64,000 nt of DNA from Octopus sinensis (lineage: Eukaryota), in contig NC_042997.1 in assembly GCF_006345805.1 (NCBI RefSeq), positions 65,472,001-65,536,000 on the forward strand, read 5' to 3'. Within the stretch, counting starts at the first letter, position 1; every line of letters begins with the position of its first letter. A program made the translations under genes and the position numbers. This document shows positions 55,025 to 64,000 of the stretch, piece by piece. The notes beneath the pieces are model-generated. The model ran no database searches and was not told the DNA's origin. It saw nothing but the letters and a program-made list of their open reading frames with translations.

Positions 55025-55230
55025 AGTGGTTTTTAACCAATTTTATTTATGGATCCCTTTGATTACTATTCTGTTCTGGTGTCCCCCACTAGCTATTCGA
55101 TGCTTAAAAAGTAGTTTTCTTGACACTCATTTCAAAATTCCTATTTTGTTATTCACACTTTAGCTGCTTTTTGCAATAAATACATCTCAATCAAAATTTT
55201 GTCATGGACTCTTAATCGGTTAATGCAGAT
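55025..55230. mobile_element. hAT/Charlie-like non-autonomous remnant
   Basis: Starts CAGTGGTTTTTAACC...ATGGATCCC, like hAT MITE termini; other end degenerate. Confidence 0.4.
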
Positions 55231-55837
55231 CTTTAACTTACTCTTTTGCTTGTGCTGACCTACACAAGTCTTATATAGATCCTTTGGTATCATATGACAC
55301 TGTTTCAGAACACTGTGTCGATTCTACACTCTTGAATTAGTCTCAAGGAAAAGGACAATTTTACTGGTGTAGGAAATTCAGATATATCTCCAGTAACTCC
55401 AGTTTGTGAGCCTTGTGAAGAGCAAACTATATCCCAAATATATCTTCAATGACCAGTAACAATTCTTTCGGTACTATTCTGTTCTTAACGCCGTTGCACG
55501 TCAAAAATTCAGGTTTAATATTTACCATTTTTTATATTAGATTGGCATTTCATGGGCCCTGCACCGAAAGCTGCTGTCTGACATTACAAAATATTAACGG
55601 AAATTTCCCATGCAATCGCGCTAAAAAGCGAGTGATTCCGAAACAAGTGTAACTGGTGATTTAAAGATGAGATAAACTCTTTCTTAGTCTTCATTTGGAT
55701 TTTATATATATCAATCAATCTATCTAAATAAGTGTGTGTGTGTGGGGGGTGTTTGTGTGTTTGTGTGCGTGTTTGTGTGTGGGTTTGTGTGTGTGAATGT
55801 GTGTGTGTGTTTACATATATATTCATATGTATATATA

Positions 55838-55876
<39 letters not shown>

Positions 55877-57169
55877 CACACATATATATATATATTATAT
55901 ATATATATATATATATGAATATATATGTAAACACAAACATACATATATACATACATGCATTCATACTTTAGCATACAAACATATATACTGTATAAATACT
56001 ACCGTTTAGTTCATTTACGAGTTAAGTACTGCATAATGGAGGGATACGGAAAATAAATGGCTAAAAAACATGAATAAAATGAATAGAAGCAAAACCCAAG
56101 AGTATAAACAAAAGTTAAGACGGAGAAACGATTATTCAGTTGTTTGTTCAATGAATGTCTGTGCTAAACATAGTTAAGCAAATCCATCATTTGTCTTTAA
56201 CTTTCACATAGTTATATTCATAGTGGGTAATATCATTGTTCATGCTGTTAACCTGTAGCCTTTAAGGAGATCCATTCAATGTCGATGATGTAACACTGTT
56301 TTCAATGAAGTGAATATTTGCCAAAATTTTCTTGTGTTCAGCAACGCCACATTTCTTGTGTATTTTAGTAGAGTCAATGGTTTCGTTGATAATTTCTATC
56401 AAATCATCATCACTCTCTCTCCTCCCTCTCTCACACTCTTTCTTACTTTCTCGCCTCCCTCTCTCACTCTCTTTCTCAATTTCTCCCTCTTACTATTTAT
56501 ATACACGTAGCTATCATTCTTTTTCTCCCTTTCCCTCTCTCTTTCAAACGTTCTACTGCAGTTCCCATGTTACTTTTGTATGTTCGAATATATAATTTTA
56601 CATGTTATTCTTCCAAATTATCGATAGAGTTATGTAATTTGATTCCACTATGAGTGTCCGTATAACATAATTGCGCGGATGTGCGCACACACAGGTGCCT
56701 GTATGCTTTGCAGCCAAGACGTTTCGGTTTCAGTCCAACTGTGCAGTACTTTGAGCATGGATTTTCTACTATAGACCTACGCTGACCAAAGTCTTGTCAT
56801 TCAATTTGGCAAATGGAAATTGAATGGAACCCGATCAGATAAGTACATGCGTGTGTGTTTCTGTGTACCTGAGTGAGTGCATGCGTGTCCGCATGTGTGC
56901 AAGTCCATGTGTTTGTCCACCAGCGTAGCGAAAGCTTACCCATTCGGTAAAATTCGAAGAATAAAAAACTACCACATTTAAAGACTAACACAGGGCTTGA
57001 CTTGTTCTTCTAAATCCCCCAATATGGTGTCCCCGCATGATTACAGTCCAACGATCGATGCAGGTAAGAAAAGAAAAGGATAAAATAGAAGGGGTGTGAT
57101 TCAGTATCCGAAAATACACGTGTACGTGTATGCATTTATTTACGCTTATTTGCAGATGATTACATATAT

Positions 57170-57384
57170 ATTGGTTTCAAATTTTGGGACAAGGCCAGCA
57201 GTTTAAGGGGAGGGGGTAAGTCGAATTACATCGACCCCCATTCAGCTGGCAATTGTTTTATCGACTCCGAAAAGATAAACTGCAATGTCGACCACGGCGA
57301 AATTTGAACTCACAACGTTAAAGATGGATAAAATGCCGCTAAGATTTTGTACGGCGTGGTAACGATTCTGTCAGATCGTCGCCA
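57170..57384 (-). mobile_element. SINE type B
   Basis: TTATCGACTCCGAAA...GTCGACCACGGCGAAATTTGAACTC. Confidence 0.75.
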
Positions 57385-57749
57385 TAATGGTTACATACAT
57401 TGAAAACAAGTTTGAAAGACCTCTCCTTTTTTTTTCTATATATTTGTATGTATAGATGAGTGTTTACAGTTGTGTCTGTTTGTCTATGTGAACATAAATC
57501 CGTACATGTGTTCATTGGCGCTTAAGACATCAGTACTAAGGCCATACTCGAGAACTGGATTTATGTATAGATATTCCGTACATCATTATATGTGTATATG
57601 TGTAACGATTTTGGCGGCGAGCTGGCAATAAAATGATGATGGAAACATGGAAAGTGATATATCTGGGAAGTCGCTTAAGTTATCTTAGATTCAACACATA
57701 CAGATTAGTAGAGAATTAATATTTTATCGAAATCTGAGCTTTTGCACAG

Positions 57750-58650
57750 ATTTATACCAATCGTAGCCTGAGACTGATAGTCTGTGGTCCAGGGTACAAA
57801 TAGACTACACTGGACTGGTGTATGGTACTTACTGCTTGATGATTATTGATAGCTTTACAAGTGGCCAGAAGTATGTAGATGCAGTCAACCAACCTCGAAG
57901 GCAACAATAAAGTCCCTGCAAATTCCTTGCTCGATACGGTGTTCTAGATACCATAGTATCGGAAAATGGAACACAATTTACGGGATACGAGTTCAAAATT
58001 TCTGCATAATACATGCAAACATGCACGTTTGTTACCCCACCCTAACATCCGAGATCAAATGAGCAAGCAGAACAGTTCGTAAACACTTTTAAACGAGCAC
58101 TAAATAAAGCAAGGAACGAGGTAGGAAATGACGAAGCACTAACCCAATTCTTAAGAGTGTACAGAATAACGCCCAATCCGAATACAAGTTCAGGCAAGTC
58201 ACCTGTATAGCTAATGTTCGCTCGGAAGATAAAATCCATCTTCCACAAATTGTTGCCAAAGAAAAATAAACGTATAGAGAAAATACAAAAATTCAACAAA
58301 TCATTTTGATGTGGGAGACAAAGTCCATTTCAAAATATACAAAAACGGTAAAGAAGGTTGGGCGGACGGTATGGTGACTAAAAGAATTGGAAACATGATG
58401 TATTTAATAAAAGGTCAACGATGGGAGCATAAACAACACCTAAGCCAATTAAAAACTAGACATGCGGAATAAAGGAAGAAAATTCCAATGGAATTTATTT
58501 ACATGTTCGACGTGACAGCACCAAAAGAGATTGAGCCTGGAAGGAGCATTAAAAGAAAACTTAAACAGATTGAACATTTAGAAATAATTCCTAAGCGGAA
58601 AAGACATTGAATTCTCTAGGGAATCAAAATCTCAAAAAGAGAGAGGTATT
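57750..58650 (+). mobile_element. Ty3/Gypsy integrase 3' remnant with polypurine tract
   Basis: WSRVQIDYTG, IIDSF, KWPE, TIVSENGTQF, HPRSNEQAEQFV, FLRVYRITP, GKSP, LMFARKI, C-terminal GDKV..GW..G; PPT AAAAAGAGAGAGG at 58634-58646, then TGTA at 58650. Confidence 0.88.
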
Positions 58651-58659
58651 GTAAAGAAA

Positions 58660-58936
58660 ATAATAATAATAATAAAATAAGGGTGAAATATGTTTGTCAC
58701 ATATTTCAGCTGCTGAAAGGCAAATACACTCCGGTTACCATGGAGAAAAAAATTCTCTTATGGGAAGAACCCTGGTTCAAAATTTCCCCAAGACACCTGA
58801 TGAAGGCTGGAGCGTATATCAGCCGAAACGTTGTGTTAACAATAAACAAGATGAGAACAAATATCCGTCAAGTGTAAGTAATGTTAATAATGTAAATATT
58901 GTACGTAATTCCTCATCTCTTAAATATAGTACTGTA
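58660..58936 (+). mobile_element. HHR-bearing short repeat (PLE pseudo-LTR-like)
   Basis: Contains the intact HHR; no coding remnant seen; boundaries uncertain. Confidence 0.6.
58792..58837 (+). ncRNA. Minimal type-I hammerhead ribozyme, canonical core
   Basis: Stem I GACAC/GUGUU; CUGAUGA; extra A; stem II GGCUGG/UCAGCC; GAAA; palindromic stem III; predicted cleavage after GUU at 58832. Confidence 0.85.
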
Positions 58937-61254
58937 TTAAAACTTTATATGTTTAGTAATATAGCCAGGTTGTTTACAAGTTGTGGCCCCAATAGATACA
59001 TAATAGTGTTAAATGTACTTTGTATTACCCAAGAAGTCAACGAAACTCTAGATAAATATTTCAAAAACTTTCAATATTTATCAAGGAATTTATTCATTTT
59101 GCCATTTCATCTATATATTTTTTTCTGTAGTAAATGTCAGATGGATTGTCTGTTAAGAGATAATGCGATATTGAAATTGGGTTTAACGTGTATTCCTTCT
59201 TCCATTTTGAATAAGAAAGGGAAAAAATGGTAAAATTAGAATGCCATTCATCAAATCTAGTAAAATACTTTCGCATATTATAAAGAAATATATTTTGTTG
59301 TATTTCCAGCAGGATTATATTCTTATTTCTCTTCTGTAAGCTAGTCTTCCAAATCACATGTTACCGGCCTAAAATATGAAAGAGACAGAAAGAGACATAA
59401 GATAATGTAGTCTGTGGTAAATGATTAATAAAAAAAGAGTATGGATGCTTACGATTTAATGTATTTAATTATAAAGCTGCCTCATTAAGAGATGGCTTAC
59501 GCCTCAGCAACAACAATAGCAATAAATTTCAATATAGACCAGATGAGAGACCAATATTACTGTCAGACGTTCTGTTCAGAATATAATCATTAGTATGAAA
59601 AGGGCTGTCTTTATCTGTCATAGTATCTTCATTTTGCAGCTGTTAGCAGCAATGTAGGTAATATTCTACTAAGTAACGTTAGGATATATAATACCACCAG
59701 GGATAATTAATCATGGAAATGAATTGAAAAGCAAACGATGCTTTCACATAATATCATACTGTAACGCAGGCTTCAATAAAGAATTTCTTTGATATAACAA
59801 TTTTTATAGTCGTGAGTATGTAGCCATTCATATGTATCAACGGGAAGTTCAACATGGCAATAGATATAATATACGCCAATAATGTATTATGTAACATAGT
59901 AAAAGCTTGGCTCATAACTAGCCGCTTCCTAACACGATTTCTATTCCTGATCTTGCCAATTTTACTACAGCTATTTCGTCAGTGCTCCTGGGAATTTTAC
60001 ACACTATTATGTTTTCGCGACCGAAGAATTTTTGAATGATGTACCAAAGAAATTAATGATGCATTACATCTGTGTTAATACATAATATCGCGGTGCTGTA
60101 TTATTTTAGCATCAAAAGCCTTTTTATTTTATTTAACATGGCACAATAAAATATTAGGCATTTTCCATAAAATTGTTTTCGAGATGATCCAAAAGTAACT
60201 AAATGGTATGTAAATTTGTAAATTTCTCTAAACTGGTAAACAGTGTATCATGTCACTTATATCAAATTTTAATGGGATCTATACATCTGAAAATGCAAAC
60301 TAGAATGTTTGAAGATGACTAATCTAATTAAGTACTTGCGTATATATTTTAAACGGGTCTAGATTTATACTACGTTTTAAAGATATATGACATCATTATC
60401 AAGTTCGATTGCCCATTATCGTTTTCAATGTGAATTGTTCAATAAAAATCATTACCATTATACTGTGTAACGATATATATATATATATATTGCCTTTGAT
60501 CACTAATTGTTATTTCGTATTTGCTTCTGTCTAGATATCAAAGGAAATGACAACTTTTCCTTGAAAACTTTCTTTTGTGACCAGAACGTCACAGTTTTGA
60601 AACTGTATTATGTTCCATCGTATTTCAGACTGATTCAACGCCGAGTTTCTGAAGCAGAAATATCGTTATAGATAATATCCTGCTCAATATCACAGACTTA
60701 GTTCTCAGTTGCTTGATCTTGGCACTTAGTGACTAAAAATATGTATCTCTCTGACCATCAGCAGGAATATCGGGGCCGCATCATAGACATGTGTTGAAAG
60801 GGATTCTTTAGGGTTTAAATAAATATAACAGAAGCAAAGTTTAAATGGAATATTAGCCAGCTTTCATACTTTCTAGGATTAAGCAAATAGAAAATAACAG
60901 TTTCTACCCAAGGACAGACTTCGTGGTACACACTCTTATTTGCGTCTATATCAAGTATTTCCTTGTTTTGTCAGGTTATGTGGGGTGGGGGTATACGGAC
61001 ACATGGTTCCTATATTTGTGAGTTGAATAAGCAGGCCAAAAGTGTGAAAGTCCCATCGGATGTACAGTTCCTGCGAAACTCCATCACAACTTTATCACAA
61101 TCAAGATCACGCCACGTTTGTCTACAAATTATGAAAGCGATACAAATGTATATAGACTACTCGACCATAATACTTTGAGTAAGTAGAGAGAATAACTAGA
61201 ATACTCAATTATCGAAACATTCGCCATCGTCATTCTTTCGTTTATGAAAAATAT

Positions 61255-61545
61255 CAACTGTATAACTGGCACTGGGGCGTTTCTATCAACGGAACAGCCT
61301 GCTCGTGAAACTCACGTGCAAGTGGCTGAACACTCCACAGACACGTGTACCCTTAATATAGTTGTCGAGAAGAATCAGTGACACACATTGTGACAAGTCT
61401 GGCGTTTTGAAAAACAGGTACGACTCACTTTTTCAGGCAACATGAAAGAAAGTATTTTGCTCAAGGATACAACGCGTTGCGTCGCCGGAAATTAAACCCA
61501 CGACCTTATGATCGTGAGCCGAATACTCTAACCATTAATCCAATC
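61255..61545 (-). mobile_element. Chimeric SINE (type D head, type C 3' block)
   Basis: Minus: ATGGTTAGAGTATTCGGCTCACGATC...GCGTTGTATCCTTGAGCAAAATACTT, then AAGGGTACACGTGTCTGTGGAGTG...GGCTGTTCCGTTGAT. Confidence 0.75.
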
Positions 61546-62729
61546 CCCTTCATTGTCAACTGTAGAATTTCCATTTTTTGCGTATGTGATGGAACAAATG
61601 TGTAAATAGGATGTGTGAGAGTTTGGTTTTGAAATGTGTCCTTTTATTCGATTGTTAGTGTGCATTTTATAGATTAATATACTTTGTGTAGCCTTTGTAT
61701 CTTTAAACGTTATGCATCTGATATGTTGCTTGCGTTGTAGTTCTGTTCGTTTTGTTTTAAGAATTAGTTCACTAGAATAGCCGTTGTAGATTAATACATT
61801 TTTATGTTGTATTCTTTGATTCTAAAGTTTTCGTTTTTGTTTATGATGGAGAATCTAAATCCTCTCCTCAAAAGATATTCTCTCGCTAACGTTTTGAACC
61901 TATGTTGACACTCTCTATCACCATATAAGTATAGGCATTCTCCTCAACAATCAAAGCACTAGATAACAAAATATTCTTGCAAGATATACAATAGGGGAGA
62001 CCAAATGCATGCAATAAATATATCAGACACAAAGCCTATGAAATACGCACAAATTTCACATAAGATATATTAGATGACCACAATGCATACCGAAACCAGA
62101 ATTTATGAATATGTTATCACAAATCTCAAAACATAACACAAACTGCATAGCGTCATAAAACCTTATTAGTAACAAGCTACAGGCATGTAAGCATGCGAAC
62201 AAGCAGCTATTAATTACGAATGTATGTTAGGAATCTGAAATCAAATCTGAATGTAGTAAACAGCAACAACTGTACTGACCTTACAAGTGCAAACCCCTGT
62301 CATCGATTCACAATGCACAATGCAAGAGGTGCAATTTCAATGCAATTAAGCGCAAAGCAAATAAAACTAAATTGGTATACAATAGTGGACCTTACATCTA
62401 TGCACGAAAGAACTCTTCCAAAGGGTAAACGATTGACAAGGACATAAATGCATGTAGCACAGTAGTGTGCTAAAATACATATATAAAGAATATAGCTAAC
62501 CCCCCACCCCATTGGGGATGAATAAATCAGTCCACTTTTCAAATCCCGAATATTTTACCCGAGATATCGGGAGTAATTAAATAAGGTAACATTTCCATCT
62601 CTTTGTTATTGTTATTATCAACACGATTCTCTACGCACATATAGGCGAATGTGTGTATGTGGTGGGGGGGCATGAATATGTGCTCGATATGACTCACGAC
62701 TATAAGATACCCGGTTTGGTTTTTCTTAA

Positions 62730-63400
62730 CCCTTTCGTTACTATATTTCTGACCAAAATACACCCCTTATGTGTTTCAATTATTTTCTAACGTAATCATA
62801 AATTTAGTCTGGTTTCATTAAACAACAATAACTTTTTTATTTATCAATATATTAATGTGATTTTTGGAAGATAATTTAATGAAATGTCCTCAACCAATTC
62901 TATACTATAATTTTTGTCACAAAGTGACTGTAATTGCAGGTAGATACAGGTAAATTCAACAATATATAAAATTATAAAAATTTTGTTCAAACATCGCTAT
63001 AGAAAATGGGTTATTAGCTAATATTCAATTGGGTATACAACAAAATTTTACTATATAATTTGTTATTCTGGGTAACTTTCTGATACCCATAATAATATTT
63101 ATGGCAAAATAGGCCTTAATTTCATTTAAGGTTGTGGGAAATAACAAACTATCCTTTCTTTCGTTTTGTTTACGTTTATCGTAACGGTTCGTTTCTGCCG
63201 TAATGATTTCAAATAGGCTCATTCGAAAAAGTAAATAGAAATAGTTTAAGGCTTTACTCTTCTGGGAAAGTCTGTGGCTTGGTCCAGTTTCTTCAGAAAA
63301 ATCACCGAAAGAAACAGTTTTTAAATTTTCACTCCATTCAGGTACCAATTCGTTTTCTTTATCGCTGTCGGATTCACTGTTTTCACTTTATAGCTGCAAA
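62730..63400 (-). mobile_element. piggyBac remnant, internally deleted
   Basis: TTAA at 62726-62729 followed by CCCTTTCG terminus; ORF 63025-63348 with YFYLLF..LFEIITAETNRY..TTLNEIKAYFAINIIMGIRKLP; opposite TIR not found. Confidence 0.85.
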
Positions 63401-63499
63401 CTTGCAAAGACAAAGGAGGAGAAGGGTGATAGCGTCAGTGAAACAGTTCGTTCCCTTTGTGTGTGTGTGCGTTTGCGTGTGGTGTAAACCACATTAAGA

Positions 63500-63699
63500 A
63501 GAGCATTTGACATACACACCAGAATGTGAGTTTTCTGTAAATTTTGCTTAATTGGAGTTTAAAATTTAAAAACTGGACCTGGCATGACCCGATGCATTCT
63601 ACTCTTAAAAATGCTAGGTAAATTGTAATTGAAGAAATCCTATATTGTAGATTTCTATAATTTACAAAGGGAGGCAGATAAAATCTGCCTTTTATAATA

Positions 63700-63702
<3 letters not shown>
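63500..63702 (-). mobile_element. Helitron-like 5' end
   Basis: Minus starts TC-TTATTATAAAAGGCAGATTTTATCTGCCT (5' TC after A, subterminal hairpin) at a (TA)n boundary. Confidence 0.4.
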
Positions 63703-63740
<38 letters not shown>

Positions 63741-63742
<2 letters not shown>

Positions 63743-63810
63743 CAGATAACCGAAGAGATGGTGTTGTGGATTTCCACCTCGGCATCCGAAACTCAGAGTT
63801 TTATCTTGGC
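63741..63810 (+). ncRNA. Minimal type-I hammerhead with U4C, in a 170-bp insert (63741-63910) within (TA)n
   Basis: Stem I GCCAGAUAA/UUAUCU(U)GGC; CCGAAGA; stem II GAUG/CAUC plus extra C; GAAA; stem III CUC-A-GAG; GUU site. Confidence 0.75.
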
Positions 63811-64000
63811 TATTGAATAATTGTCACATATTATTTTACAAATAAATTTCCTCTATTTATATAATATTGAGGTCTCTTTCTTTCTTTTGTTATCTTAACG
63901 TTTTTACCAATATATATATATATATATATATAGGTATGCACATATATATGTGTATATGTATGTATGTATATGTGTATGTATGTATGAGGATAACCAATAC

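Noticed and set aside
57612-57627. TGGCGGCGAGCTGGCA as a Gypsy primer-binding site
   Set aside because: Matches the SINE type B head and no 5' LTR is identifiable upstream
58694-59233. 179-aa ORF
   Set aside because: Runs across the HHR repeat and AT-rich flank; no recognisable domain

Overview
AT-rich, microsatellite-dense eukaryotic DNA with no intact protein-coding gene that I can support. The SINE families and repeat landscape look like an octopus (cephalopod) genome; this is inferred from recognised repeat types, not from a search. Most identifiable sequence is decayed transposons: four tRNA-derived SINE types (about 20 copies), three Neptune-type Penelope-like elements (PLEs; one nearly full length at 34.1-39.4 kb), a Naiad-like PLE endonuclease fragment inside a 2.1-kb inverted repeat, two RTE LINE 3' ends, two restriction-like-endonuclease (RLE) non-LTR elements, a Gypsy integrase remnant, and Tc1, mariner, piggyBac, hAT and Helitron-like remnants. 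The most notable unannotated signal is a set of minimal type-I hammerhead ribozyme (HHR) motifs. One has a fully canonical core (58792-58837, directly behind a Gypsy polypurine tract), one is near-intact (63741-63810), and several are degenerate. They come from at least five unrelated short repeat families, often occur as inverted fold-back pairs, and mostly sit next to (TA)n tracts. HHRs in PLE pseudo-LTRs are established biology; these particular families and core variants may be undescribed. Nearly all ORFs in the supplied track are microsatellite artefacts or antisense/frameshifted pieces of these elements. Boundaries were read by eye and are approximate unless a TSD or junction is quoted.
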